Source: Octopus vulgaris (Eukaryota). Taken from it: a stretch of 64,000 nt of DNA. The position numbers and the translations under genes were made by a program. The notes beneath the pieces were generated by a model that saw nothing but the letters and a program-made list of their open reading frames with translations, was not told the DNA's origin and searched no databases. The stretch's first letter is position 1. Each line of letters starts with the position of its first letter. This document shows, in pieces, positions 41,829 through 55,954 of this stretch. The stretch lies in contig OX597820.1 in assembly GCA_951406725.2 (NCBI GenBank), positions 53,382,001 through 53,446,000 on the forward strand, in the 5' to 3' direction.

Positions 41829-42034
41829 TATTATTATTATAAATTTTTTTAAATATATATAACTATCAAAAAGTATTAAAAGTTTAATATAAGATAAAGA
41901 GTAAAACCATGTTAAATTTAAATGATTTAAATTTTGAATTTTATATTTTATATATTTTATTAATAATTTTATTTCTATGTATTGGTTTATTATTTTCACT
42001 GTTTGATTTGCCTAATAGTGGTTTTATCTCGAAT

Positions 42035-42045
<11 letters not shown>
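41519..42045. mobile_element. AT-rich asymmetric fold-back element between TA tracts
   Basis: ~41600-41732 (AATTCGAGATAAAACCACTATTAGGCAA...) is the reverse complement of ~41913-42045. There is an extension at 41519-41599 and a TA tract in the spacer. Confidence 0.75.
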
Positions 42046-42112
<67 letters not shown>

Positions 42113-42114
<2 letters not shown>

Positions 42115-42240
42115 TTGATAAAAACGGTAAGACAACAAAAGGAAGAAAGAGACCTCGATATTATGTAAATAGCGGAATTTATCTGTAAATTTTTCCGATG
42201 GGCGGATAACTGAAGAGATAGCGGCGTGGATTTCCACCGA
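42113..42240. mobile_element. Rearranged copy of the 15405-15639 element
   Basis: 42113-42189 matches 15403-15479 directly, and 42195-42237 matches ~15537-15580 in the opposite orientation. Confidence 0.75.
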
Positions 42241-42278
42241 GTACAAAACCCTAATCTTATGTATGTATGTATGTATGT

Positions 42279-42312
<34 letters not shown>

Positions 42313-42494
42313 ACATATATATATGTGTGTTAGTTTTTATGTACGTACGTATGTATATATGAATCTATAAATGTTTTTCTTTTTAATGTTTGACCGGTTG
42401 CAAGTTTGTGAAAGCATCTTCATTTAACCATCATCATTTAATTTCTAAAAAGACCCTGCAGATCTTTATAGATTTTTATAGATTTATATAGATG

Positions 42495-42665
42495 GTGGGA
42501 GATCAAGCACAGACACACACATAAATATATACATATTTCCGTCTACCAAAATCCACTTTCATGTCTTTGGTCCACCTAAGGCTATAGTAGAAGACACTTT
42601 CCCAAATTTCCATGCAGTGGAACTAAACCCGGAACCATGTAGTTGAGAAGCAAGCTTCTTACCAA
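42495..42665 (-). mobile_element. Diverged SINE family A copy
   Basis: TTTCCGTCTACCAAAATCCAC...GGCTATAGTAGAAGACAC...AACCCGGAACCATGT. Confidence 0.7.
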
Positions 42666-42699
42666 ATTCATTTATCTTTTACTACATTTAAATGAATGC

Positions 42700-43020
42700 G
42701 TGAGTAGCACTCCGTCGGTTACGACGAAGAGAGTTTCAGTTGATCCGATCAACAGAATAGACTGCTCGTGAAATTAACGTGCAGATTATCCTTAGTCACG
42801 TGCACTTTTAACATAGTTCTTAGGGAGATTAAGCATAACATGGAGTGTGACAAAACTGGGCCTTTGAATTACAGGTACTGCTCATTTTTGCCAGTTGAGC
42901 GGACTAGAGCAACGTGAAATAAAGTGCCTTGTTCAAGGACGCAATACGCCGCCGGTAATCGAACTCACAACCTTGCGATAGTGACCCGAACATCCTAACC
43001 CTTAACCACGCGCCTTCACA
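42700..43020 (-). mobile_element. SINE family D, near full length
   Basis: Minus-strand head TGTGAAGGCGCGTGGTTAAGGGTTAGGATGTTCGG...GAGTTCGATTACCGGC and core GTCCTTGAACAAGGCACTTTATTTCACGTTGCTC. Confidence 0.8.
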
Positions 43021-43035
43021 AAATGAATGCATATA

Positions 43036-43438
43036 TGTGAATGGAGAACCATCGCCTTCCAAAGATTGCCCTGTTTGGCGAACTCTCCACCGGCCACCGA
43101 GTGAGAGGAGCTACAAAGACTGCCTCAAGAAGTCTCTAACAGCATGTCAAATTAACCACCAGTGCTGGTCAGACCTGGCTGCGGACCGTGATGTCTGGTG
43201 CCACAGGATATTCAACGCAGTCAGCAAGTTTGAGGAACAAAGAAGAGACACACTTAAAGACAAGAGACGCAGGAGGAAGGCGCGAGCCGCCTCTGACACC
43301 ACACCGCATGTTACCTTCGTCTGTGGACACTGCTAACGGACCTGCCTTTCCCATATTGGACTTGTCAGTCATGAGCGTGCATGCACGCGACATGGACAGC
43401 CTTCCTGATCTTCGTTCGGTAAGCCAAGCCATAATAAC
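43036..43438 (+). mobile_element. 3' end of an RTE (BovB-like) LINE, 5'-truncated and frameshifted
   Basis: Frames give HRLPKIALFGELSTGHR and YKDCLKKSL...WSDLAADRDVW...FEEQR...KRRRRK...FVCGHC*RTCLSHIGLVSHERAC (typical RTE C-terminus with a C2H-type zinc finger), followed by a short 3' UTR ending AAGCCAAGCCATAATAA. Confidence 0.85.
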
Positions 43439-43952
43439 ATATGTATAGATATACAGATACATAAATATACATATATGCGCACATTTGTACAAGTGAGTGT
43501 GTGTGTATGCTATATTTATGTATCTATGTATATAGCAAATTTAGATGTTAGAAGAGTCAGTCAAAGGAAAATACAAGAACTACAGAATCAAAGAAAGAAC
43601 TTACACTTAATGAAAAAATATATAACAAAAGCGATTATCTGCAAAACGGAATTTAAAATCACATGCGTTTCTTCCATTACAAATCCTGCTTAGAGAATGA
43701 GCGGAAAGAGACTATCATAAACTAACTAAGGTATGTTATATTGCAGCAAATATACAGATTACTTGAAAAAATAGAAATTTGCTTGTCAACTTAGAACAGC
43801 AAAATAGTCGAAGACAGTAATGACTGAAAACAGCGGGGATTCAGTAGTCATTAACACTATCGTAGTTAATATGCCCTCTCGAAAAACAGATCTCCCGCTA
43901 CAAACTAGATGCAATGAGGAAAATACTAAACATCAGCTGTAATATGTGGGTA

Positions 43953-43989
<37 letters not shown>

Positions 43990-44234
43990 GTTTATCTTAA
44001 TAATTTCAATGCTATCTACCCTGTGCTCTTCTCTTTCTCTCACTCCCCTTCCGTTTTTTCTCTCTTCCTTTCTCTAATTCTTTTCCCCCTTCTCCCCCCA
44101 TTCGTTTTTTTCTCATCCTTTCTCTAATTCTATTTCACCGATTTGTATCTGCCTCTCTCTCTCTCACTCTTCCGCCTTTACACTCTCGTTGCTCACACGT
44201 GACCATCGGCCATCTTTCTTTTCTTTATTCCAGA

Positions 44235-44450
44235 TTGCTCCATTGAACTCAGCTAACAAATATGAGTAGTTCATGCATTTCAAAGGGATAGCCTTGTCAC
44301 ATTCTGTCTCATGCTGAATCTCCACGAGAACTGCATTAAGGGTATGCTTGTCAGTGGAGAGCTCAGCCGCTTTCACAGTAATTTCAAGAACAGACTATTC
44401 TGTTAATTGGAACAGCTGAAACCCTCGTCGTCGTTACTGATTGAGTGGCA
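44235..44450 (+). mobile_element. SINE family D, 5'-truncated
   Basis: TTGCTCCATTGAACTCAGCT...TTTCAAAGGGATAGCCTTGTCACATTCTGT...AACCCTCGTCGTCGT. Confidence 0.7.
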
Positions 44451-44454
44451 GTAG

Positions 44455-44518
<64 letters not shown>

Positions 44519-46870
44519 AAGAGAGAGAAAGAGAGCGAGAGAGAGAGAGAGGAGAATAGACAGACTGATTTTTGAAGCTCCGACTAAGCTATAAGGTGAT
44601 ATACGAACACTCAGCTATGAGTGCGGTGCGTCTTGTTAGAAGAAACAGTTGAAAGCTAATAAATTTCATTACATAATTTCCCTTGTCATTTGTTCAATTG
44701 TAAATTACACTCTATGATAGGCTAATGCTTTTCTCTGAAAATGTATATTGAGTTCTAACACCAAGTCATTAATATAACAATGTCAAAGCGAAATATTAAG
44801 AGATATTTTCATAGGTGTTCGTGTTTGTATGTAATGTATAATTATATGCCACAGAACCACACAAAACTTGGAACCATTATTATCCAAACACATTATGATT
44901 ACCCATGAAGATAGTTATGCAATATCATTATGGGTAATCACCATAAATCATGAACCCTTTAATAAGTTCAGCCTTACGAGGACTAATCAGAATAATGAAA
45001 CTCCAAGATATAAAGGATTCGAACACCAAAACATTATCAAACATATATTCGCATGACCGGTAGCCAAATGTGTACCACTATGGTTTCCACATGTGCTTAG
45101 TAATATTTATTCCAGGTGTGTCAACAGAGCTAAACACATAAGCAATGCCTGGCAATCAACTGACAGGTAGGAACAGAGGAATATGAGCGTAATATATGCA
45201 TCACGTCTACATCTGCTTATCATTAGACCGATTACTACGTAATGCTTACACCTGCTTATTGTTATGAATACCAATATTGAATAGAAACAAAATCGTATTA
45301 AAACTATAGCTACAAATCTAGAAATTAAAAACTAGTATCTATAAAAGGAAGAACTATCGCCTCCACCCCCCCATGACCACCACCAGTGACACTGCTATCT
45401 TAAAACCTATAGAAAATTCAACTAGCGAACTAAGCGTATTCGGTAAAAATTTATTGAACTACCGATGTATAACATGGAAAATAATAACACTGTACAATAT
45501 GCATTATGTGTGTGTAGGCATGTATATATATATATATATATATATATTAGAAGAAAGGAGGTACTCAGAAATCTGGATGGTTTTATATTTAGAGATATTT
45601 ATTAGTATGTTAAATGTTTTTTATAAATCATATATATATTAGCGGTTTTGTATGAAACCCAAGGTTTTATACTTAATGTTTATCTACATAAGTTCCCCCA
45701 TATTCTTTTGTACATACATACATACAAACATACATACAAACATACATACAAACATACATACATACATACATACATACATACATACATACATACATACATA
45801 CATTGATTTTCAAAGCATACATTGTAAATTGTAAATTCGGTAAACATGGCTGAAGAGACTCCTGAATGATATTCCAACAGTGACCGTAAATTCTGTGTTG
45901 CACGTGATATATCTAATATTATTTGATGAAGATCTGGCTGCTATTTCTAGCAGGTCAAGTGTCAACAGAGCGGCACGTGTATTGCATCCTCTTTTGGCAC
46001 GTTGTTTATTTAAGTAGTAGATAATCTAAATGGTGACTAGAATCCTATTATAGCTTATTGAGTTTTGAGTTTACTTCCGTATTCCGAAACTGAAAAAAAG
46101 ATAACAATTTCAGAAAGACATTTCTCGCACACTTGGGAATTTTATTATTCATACTTCATATTTACCTGTTTGGGGAAACATGATATCAACCGAGGATATC
46201 TCTTCAGTGATGATACACGAGTGATAGCGAACTATATCGCGTAATGGATATTCCATGTGAGTTTATAGAATATAAATATTTATTGCTTTTAGCCATCTGG
46301 GTTGTCAAAGATTTAAAGTCGTTTATATAAAAATGTATTTCTTAGCAGGGTCGATATTTTGTCGGACTAATAGGATACCGTAAACTTGACTATTCGCAAA
46401 AACGACGAAAGGAATATACGTAATTACGAAAAAGAAGTTTTAAATGCGAAGCGAAAGCTAAAAACTACAGATAATAATTACTCCCTTGCTGTACGCTGTC
46501 TTGGCTGGCTGTTTATAATTGATCACAGAGGGGCAATTCATTGTTTAACAGATGATGAGTTATGGTATATATGGAAAACGATTATGTCGAATTATATATG
46601 CTTTATAGAGCCTGTTAAATATGGTGGTATATCATGAAATATCCTAGCATGGAAAATAAGTATAGGTGTATGTGTAGACTTCACGGAGAAAGGCGATATA
46701 AAAATAGACGATAGAAGAAATATTGTGTATTGGAATGAATGAAATAAGATATAAGGAAAATATATTTTATTTTAATCGCAACGGAATATAACTGAGATAA
46801 CACAAAAATGTATGTACTATGTACGCATTCATCTATGCATACATATACATACATATGTGTGTTCTAACTC

Positions 46871-47226
<356 letters not shown>

Positions 47227-47339
47227 GATATAGATAAAACTTACTTGGAAAAGGATGCGTGGCGTTCGATCATATAATAATATAAATATATATAATATAA
47301 TATAATAATATAAATAATATAATAATATAAATAATATAG

Positions 47340-47434
47340 GTATATTTGCCACTTAAATGTGGCTAAACCTTAAGAGCGGATGCTACTGTAGCTTCGCACC
47401 TTAAGGGTTAACCACATTTAAGAGGCAAATATAC
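47340..47434. repeat. ~95-bp imperfect hairpin
   Basis: GTATATTTGCC-A-CTTAAATGTGG...CCTTAAG...GCTAC-T-GTAGC...CTTAAGG...CCACATTTAAG-A-GGCAAATATAC. Confidence 0.85.
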
Positions 47435-47486
47435 TTCACGATGTCGTGCAGCTACTGTTTATACATCGCTCAGAGATTTATTATTG

Positions 47487-47530
<44 letters not shown>

Positions 47531-47954
47531 TATACATATGTGTGTGTGAGTTTGTGTGCATGTGTGGGTGGGTGGGGTTGGGGTTGGGGTTGGGGGTGTA
47601 CATCATATCATATGCGCGCACACACATATACGTATATTTATTTATGAAACTACTGTATGTGTAGCCATCTTGTATGACTTCAGGCAAATGGTAGTTGTAT
47701 AGCGAAGACTACACCAAAGGCTTTCGCTGGAGTAATCGTTATATGGACAATAGGAGTTTCCTTACGGTATGAAGCATTATATTGTCATAACATTTTATTT
47801 CATGGAACACAAACGCGCGCGCGTGCACACACACATACATAAACACACAGGCACACACACATACACGCACACACACATACACACACACACACATACACGC
47901 ACACACAAATACTCGCGCGCGCGAGCACGCATTCACATACATATGAAATACTTC

Positions 47955-48250
47955 TGATGTTGGTTTTATTTAGATACAATTGACGCATAAATTATTCTGG
48001 GAAGCTTAAAGCTTACGACAAACCATTATTACTGATTCGTTTATGACTGATACGTTTATCAGGGACAGGTCTTTTGTTAACACTGAGCAGCCATCAGTCG
48101 AGGATTCCGCTTCTACCGCAAGATCGCGGCAACGTACCCATAAGCACACTCACAATACTGAGCTACCCAGAAAGCACTGGCTATTGCCTGTGTTTACATG
48201 ACCGTCCTGTTGGGCTGCATATATATTTTGCGGATTTTCGTACTTCTATC
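47955..48250 (+). mobile_element. Possible highly decayed CR1/L2-type reverse transcriptase fragment
   Basis: Frameshifted remnants reading DV..LD...HKL..KLKAY...SFMTD and YFAD, in the order expected of RT motifs; weak. Confidence 0.25.
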
Positions 48251-49042
48251 CATCAACATAGGAACAGTAGATAGAAAAAAATGCCAAGGGGTCTGATACT
48301 AGCAAATGATATAGGCAAGTCATTGAGATGATCGAAAAATACATGACAGTGGAAGCTGCGCTCTGTAGGGAGCCAGTTCTGAGTCAATGAATCTACCAAT
48401 CGTTCCATTTATATAGTGTATGATGATAATTCCTGTACAACTGATTCATATACTTCGTTTTTGGATTTGGTTTACACGATTCTTTATATGAGTTCGTGTG
48501 TTGAAGCATATTCTGTTGTGTCTGGGGAGAGTCATTCTCTTTTAGTGCCTTATTATTTAACACACTCACCGGTAAAATTGCCACTTATTTCTTACTTTTA
48601 TTTTCTAAAATTTTCGTTGCGTCTTGCAACCTTTTCAATAGTCTTGACAACATGTAAATCAACCAAATAAAACAAGAAACACAACTCAATATCAGCAACG
48701 CATGTTTTGAAATTAAATTTAATCGGAAAAGTTGATTTTAAAGAAAAACAGTAGACTGATTTTTGGCAGACCGTTACAAAGAGAGACTTTGTTGAGAATA
48801 CGGACTACGTTTAATGTATAGTCTCGAATATATTTAATCAGAGGACATATTAAGTATGTCCTTTGATCAATTTTAATCCTTCAGCTATCTAATGTATTTT
48901 TATGGGCCTGCAATCGCCTATATTATTGATTCAGTTTATCATTTTTAAATTGTTACACTTGATAATAACAGAGTCAAATTATTTTTTCTGTCACTTATTT
49001 TTTTCTCCTGAATTATTTGCTTCGTATTGAAAAATTATATAT

Positions 49043-49251
49043 AAATAAGATAGGCGGCTCGTTACCAACTAAAACCTAACGGCAAGTTAATAAACAAGAT
49101 TATAAAACAGTATCGGCAATCCCTAGAAATAAGAGTCAAAACGACTCAAAATAACCACACAGAGCACTAACCTCATGAATTGACGGAAAGCGGGGGAGCA
49201 AACTAAAGTATCTTTCCATAGTGAGATAAACTCACAGAATGAAGTAAACAG
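49043..49251 (+). repeat. Duplicated ~210-bp segment (copy 2 at ~52714-52922)
   Basis: AAATAAGATAGG(C/T)GGCTCGTTACCAA...AGAATGAAGTAAACAG is shared. Confidence 0.9.
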
Positions 49252-50966
49252 ACATGTCCTTCTCACCTGATTTGGAACTCTGATCATTATAATCTTAGTT
49301 CTCATCAGAGGAATGCATTGGTACTCTTGGTTAAAAAGGGTAGCTTGCCTCGTACAAACTCATGAGAAAAACAGTTGGAAACCAGCGCTAAGTTCCAAAC
49401 GGTCAAAGTGTATAGTATTAATACAATAAGCTATTATATATTAATATATTAAAAAAATTTACTGTTTATATTATAATATAGGTGGCCTTTACAGGTAAGG
49501 AACTAGGGTTTAAAAAATGCTTCACAATGTCTTTTTCCAGGGTTGGTTGCACTGCGTGAAACTGTAGGGATGTTATAGCATGAACTCTTTCTTCTCCAGC
49601 GGTTGCACAACCCAACGCTGGGAATCTTTGTCCCCGATTAGCTTGGAAGTTTGTCGCTGACAATAATATTACTGTAATAGAACGACGTTCGTCCTTTAGT
49701 AGATGAGGAATCTCTTAGCTATAACGTTTGATATAAGTTGTTGTTCAACGCGATCGCAGTGGTCACCATAGTGTACCCTGATCGAGCAACATTATTAGGG
49801 TCGAGTGGAAAATGTCCATAATTCTCCTCTTACGCCTTGCGCTCACGCGTTTAAGTGCGTATAAGAAGTCTGGTCACTGTACCATTAAAACATCTTGGAG
49901 ACCTGTCTTCATAATTCAGATTTCGAATCCACAAAGATTGCTCTCTATACATACTTTAAAGAAAGCCAGCCCTGTTGATATTGAACTAGTTCTTTGTCAG
50001 ATGTTTTGAAGCTTGTCGCGTGCATTCCGCCATGCCCATTACGTGGAAAGACATTAACTTTCTTCAATGCAGATAAATATACTGAAATCTTATATAGAAA
50101 CTTTAAGAATTTAAATTTTGCCGGCTCAGATCACAATCAGTTTGCCAAGCGAAAGAGACAGCGTCAGCCTTATCTCTCACCTTACTAAATATTGAATTCA
50201 GTTCTTCTTAGAAACATGCTGTAAAATAAATGTGCAAATCAGACTATTTAGTCATGTTCTCTACAAGACAGAGGAAGATGAGACGACGACGACGACGACA
50301 ACTAGGTTGCCTTTGTTCTCATGTCTGTTTGATCAGCGTTGATTGACCAGTGGTTAAATATCAACAGCTGTTGCATCTACTAGTTTCCTTGAATTGCAAT
50401 TGTTCGCATGTAAATGAATTTCGTGAGACGGAAAATGTGTGGAAGCCTGTGGAATGAATCGATCCTCCTTTTGGATGGCAGAATCAATGTGTCTATCGGC
50501 TTAACAACAGCTTGGCCCTTGGATATCGGACCAGGAACAGGTCTCCGTCGCGAGTGTAATCTCTTGATAACATAGCTACGTAAGCACTCCAAATATATGA
50601 CTCATGATTTCAGCAGCAATCGTAGCCATTTTCATGTCTCAGTCGTGAATGCGGACCGTGGTGACGTGCTGCGTAGTCAATCATGTTCTTAATTGATTAC
50701 TGAAGAGTGAGACATCTTGGTACCAGTCTCGGAAACCTACTAAATAGGACGCAGGTGCTTTCTTTCTTTCAGTGTAAATACCTATTTGCATGCGAGTGTG
50801 CGTATATGTATGTGCCCTCGTACTCGCCTGTGTGCGAGTACAAGTACATATATGCAACAATGCATGTATAAATATACATATATAGCTAAATATATATATA
50901 CATACATACATGCACACACATACACACACATACACACACATATATATCCAGGCACACACACCAATA

Positions 50967-51145
50967 AAATATGCAGGCATCAGCAGAGGACTGCATGTAT
51001 ATTGAAATGTGTTAATTTTCCACACTTCTGTCACATCTCAATTCTAGATTTGTTTTTATAGATCAGTAAAAGTTTAGAAATGATAATTATGATGTTTATT
51101 AATCTCCCAAGTGAAACATCAATGATGCCAACCAAATGAAATGCT
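50967..51145 (+). repeat. Duplicated ~180-bp segment (copy 2 at ~53547-53740)
   Basis: ACTGCATG...TGTGTTAATTTTCC...CACATCTCAATTCTAGATTTGTTTTTAT(A/G)GATCAGT...ATTAATCTCCCAAGTG is shared. Confidence 0.85.
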
Positions 51146-51423
51146 CTGTATGTGTGTGAATGTGTGCGTGCGTAACCCTGTATGTAAGAAGGTATATATA
51201 TGTGAGTGTGTGAGTGTGTTCTGTATGCTTACATATAGTCATACACATATGGGAAAATATATACATACATGCATATATGAATGAAAATATAAATGTATAT
51301 ATGTATATGTGTATACGTATATATATATATACATATATGTATATGTGTGTAAGTATGTATGTACGTATGCATGTATATGTATATATATATATATACATTT
51401 ACATATACATATATATATATATA

Positions 51424-51588
51424 GGCGTAGAGGAGGCTGTGTGGTAAGTAGCTCGCTTACCAACCACATGGTTCCGGGTTCAGTCCCACTGCGTGGCACC
51501 TTAGGCAAGTGTCTTCTGCTATAGCCTCAGGCCAACCAAGGCCTCGTGAGTGGATTTGGTAGACGGAAACGGAAAGAAACCTGTCGTA

Positions 51589-51619
<31 letters not shown>

Positions 51620-51848
51620 GCATGTGCGTGTGTGTATGCTTGTATGTCTGTTTTTGTCCCCCAACATCGCTTGACAACCGATGCTGGTGTGTTTACTTCC
51701 CCGTAACTTAGAGGTTAGGCAAAAGAGACCAATCGAAAAAGTACTAGGCTTACAAAAAGTAAGTCCTGGGGTCGATTTTCTCGACTAAAGGCGCTGCTCC
51801 ACCATGGCCCCAGTCAAATGACTGAAACAAGTAAAAGAGAAAAAGAGT
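51424..51848 (+). mobile_element. Full-length SINE family A
   Basis: Head, internal microsatellite and tail as in 14183-14560. Confidence 0.9.
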
Positions 51849-52423
51849 TATATATATATACACACGCGCGCATATATCTATATAAATATATAATTATAAC
51901 AGTGAGGGTCTTTGCAACAAGTTGCTAGACCACATACCGAAAGTATTAGTGATATTTCACTCTGTATCTCTATTGATTATATAAATATTTTTATATGTGT
52001 ATGTATGTGTGTGTGTACATATACACACTTACATAGGTATACATATCTACTTATATACATACACGCTCACACGTATGTATTCATATGACTATAGTAGACG
52101 AACAGTAATGAAAAAGCTCAAGTTCTGATTTCAATGACGGTGATATATTTATTTATTTATTTATTTATTTAATAAGCTAATCATCTTCAGTGAAATTATG
52201 TAGACGAAAATCTCGGGAGCGGTAGTAAACACAACCCAAAGGATCAAATTTACCATTCACTGCACCGTTTCCGACTGAGGATTACCTATCAGTGAAAATC
52301 TATGCATCAAGTGTGCCATTATTCAGCCATGTTGAACCTTTCTTTGGCAAACCTACGCTTGATTTTATTTCTTCTTATTCTTCACATATATATTGATAGT
52401 AGTTTCGTATAAGATATGCATAC

Positions 52424-52472
<49 letters not shown>

Positions 52473-52587
52473 AGATAAGAAAATGGAGAAATACATCTAA
52501 ATCAAATATCAATTACCAGATAATACTCAATCACATACTTTATTAATCACCACATAAGAGACTGCATTTACAACCCCTATCTCAATT

Positions 52588-52626
<39 letters not shown>

Positions 52627-53836
52627 ATGTATGTATGTATGTATGTATGTATGTATGTATGTATGTATGTATGTATGTATATAATAAGATATTGTAATAT
52701 ATTAATATATTAAAAATAAGATAGGTGGCTCGTTACCAATTAAAACCTAACGGCAAGTTAATAAACAAGGGTATAAAACAGTATCGGCAATCGCTAGAAA
52801 TAAGAGTCAAAACGACTCAAAATAGCCACACAGCGCACCAACCTCATGAATTGACGGAAACCGGGGGAGCAAATTAAAGTACCTTTCCATGGTGAGATAA
52901 GCTGATAGAATGAAGTAAACAGTATACGGATAAAGAAGTGTTCTTCGTGTTTCACTCTGTACCTCATACTTACACTCATTGATTTTCTATTTTCCTTACA
53001 AACATGAAACTATTTGGAGAACACTGCAAATATTTTGTTGGTTGTTAGTGGCACAAAGGCTGCGAATGTAATCGCAATATGTTTCTGACAGCAATTATTT
53101 TCCAATATAACTGCGCACAAGTTTTCTGCAGTTTCTGTACATTGCTAACTACTCAGGCTATAAGTGTGCATGTACATGTATGTACGTGTGTAATTGTGTG
53201 CACGAGTATGTACATGTGTGCGTGTATGTACATGTATGTGCAAATGTATAGACAAATGCAAATATGTTTATATACAGAATTGATATGAATACATACAGTG
53301 ATAGAATTATGCATACATATGACCATATGAATAATTCTTTATAAACGAATCCATATTTATATGTGTGCGATTTTACACACACATACACGCACAAACAACA
53401 CACACATACATACGTATATCTGTATCTCTGTTTATAGCTGTATTTATAAGCATAAATATATACATACTTATATATTTATACATAAGCATAGCATAAATAT
53501 ATACGTATGTTCCACACACATATACACATGTATATGTACACTGATACAAATATGGAGGCTTGAACACAGTACTGCATGCATATTGACATGTGTTAATTTT
53601 CCCCAAGACTGACACATCTCAATTCTAGATTTGTTTTTATGGATCAGTTAAAGGCTACAAATGATAATTGTGATGTTCAGCTGCTAGAATTAATCTCCCA
53701 AGTGTGACGTCAATAATGTCGACGACCATATGAAAATGGCGTCACAATGTCTGCTCTCTAGCAATTATATGCATACATGTATACATACATACACGTACAG
53801 ACATATATATACATACATATATACATATGTATGTAT

Positions 53837-53890
<54 letters not shown>

Positions 53891-54443
53891 ATACATACAT
53901 ATGTATATATGTATGTATATATATATGTATATAAATATATATATATATATGTGTATATGTGGTTTATCGATAGACACTTGATAAACTAAGGTTCAGCAGA
54001 TCATTTCGGAGACGGACAGCAAATACTCATTGAATTATCAACAATAAAACGCCGGGGGAAGGAATATCAATGATGTTAACATAGCTCATTAGAATAAACG
54101 ATAAAGATAAATAGATTGACAATGAAAGTGAAAGTAAGGGCGTTTCTCTTCTGTCCTTTCCCATCAGGTGAATCTCTCCACATAATATACAAGTCATAAA
54201 CTCCAACTGATTATGAGCTATTTCGTGTTCTGATAGTATCACTTTAACATCTACGACTTTGCTAAATGTTATCCTTCCCTGACTCTCTTTCCTTCACCCT
54301 CTCTCTCTACCTCTCTCTTTCTCTCTCGCCTTTCTTTCGTTCTCCTCTCCCTTTCTCTCTCTCTCTCGCCATCTGACACGCAACTCTCTTGTTTCCTGGT
54401 TCCTTTTATTGTTCTACACGCTAATTCACACTATGTATGCATG

Positions 54444-54539
<96 letters not shown>

Positions 54540-55710
54540 CATATACATTCAGAGAGGGAGAGAGAGATGGATGTATATATATATATGTAACTCTGTATAT
54601 GTTTGGATGTATGTATGCGGATAAATTTACCTACACATAACGTACATGCATATGCATATGTGTGTCTATTGATACGTGATTATATAGTGTATGTTTATAT
54701 GTGTGAATGTGTGTGTGCTTTCCAAGATATTGTTGGCCTATATTTTAACGGTCTTCCAAATCATGGTTTTCCGTCAGAGTTTAGAAAGAATGGCTTCAGG
54801 GGAAATTTGAGTTACAATCTATATAAACATTCAGGTTGAGCAACATCCGTAGCATATTTCGTATGAAGACCCTAAGTTCAGAAAATGCCTAGTATATACT
54901 AAAATGTATGTATAAACCAAAATATATCCACTAAAACATCCTTACTTATCAGTATTGCGCAATTATTGTCTTCTCTGTTTTCCATAAAAAGTTGTATATA
55001 ATGCAACAGCCTATCCTGTAACGTAATACGATCTTCATCGATGGAGCTTGCTTCTTGCTAAGCTTAAAACAATGGCTATTAATAATATGTCTTTTAGTTG
55101 GACTTAAATTTAATTCTGGACGTTCTGGCGAAGTCGACTTTGCCTTAAATCCTTTCGAGGTTGAAATATGTACTAGTTGAGCAATAGTGGGGGTGAAGAG
55201 GGTTGATGTAATCGTCTTTTCCATCCACTCTGGAATTGCCGGCCTTGTATCAAACTTTGACATGAGATTAATTTTCAACTGAAATTTTAAGAAAAGCATG
55301 AGATAACTCATTCTAACCATTCAGAAACTGTCGACAACATCCACCAGAAGCTGTCGAGTTACTGATTCTAGGATTTTATTTGAAATATCCAAAGAGAAAA
55401 AGCCTTACTAAGTCTCAGAGCCACCATATGAGATGGAACAAAGCGCAAAGTTTTCTGTCCCGCAACCGGAAAAAAAAAACTGCATATAAATAAGTCTGCC
55501 CTTCAAACATTTGGCAGTTAGTCCAGTTTAACAAAACTATTTAACTTCTAAGTTACGTACTACAGCAATGTATGTTTATATTTTGTGCGTGTGTCTAAAC
55601 GGTGAAAGAGGGAGCGGGAGAAAAAGGGAATGAGAGAAGAATGGAGGAGAAAACAGCATAAATTGGAGTCGCATCAAAAACGTGAAGGTAAACTGATATA
55701 TATATATATA

Positions 55711-55909
55711 TAATTTCTTTTATAGAAGGAGCTTCTACAGGACTAGAACTGTTTCATTCAAAAGAAATCATCAGGAAGCTTCCTGATGATTTCTTTTGAA
55801 TGAAACAGTTCTAGTCCTGTAGAAGCTCCTTCTATAAAATAAATTAATTTACTCTGCTATGTATTGAGTACCTTATTTACTGTGGTTAACCCCGACTCAA
55901 CCCGGGACC

Positions 55910-55910
<1 letters not shown>
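55711..55910. mobile_element. 200-bp (TA)n-embedded hairpin element (copy 2, inverted relative to 15669-15868)
   Basis: Palindrome 55711-55778 / 55779-55846 (one mismatch), with the extension to ...CCCGGGACCT at 55910. Confidence 0.92.
55777..55827 (+). ncRNA. Type I hammerhead ribozyme (mirror copy on the minus strand)
   Basis: Identical to 15799-15849: CTGATGA at 55783, GAAA at 55802, GTA at 55819. Confidence 0.78.

Positions 55911-55952
<42 letters not shown>

Positions 55953-55954
<2 letters not shown>

Noticed and set aside
47572-47596. (TTGGGG)n as an interstitial telomere
   Set aside because: Only about three units, and not the TTAGGG repeat expected for molluscs.
49460-50200. Higher-complexity stretch with short ORFs that might be a decayed coding region or TE
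   Set aside because: I recognised no protein motif in any frame; it would need a translated search.
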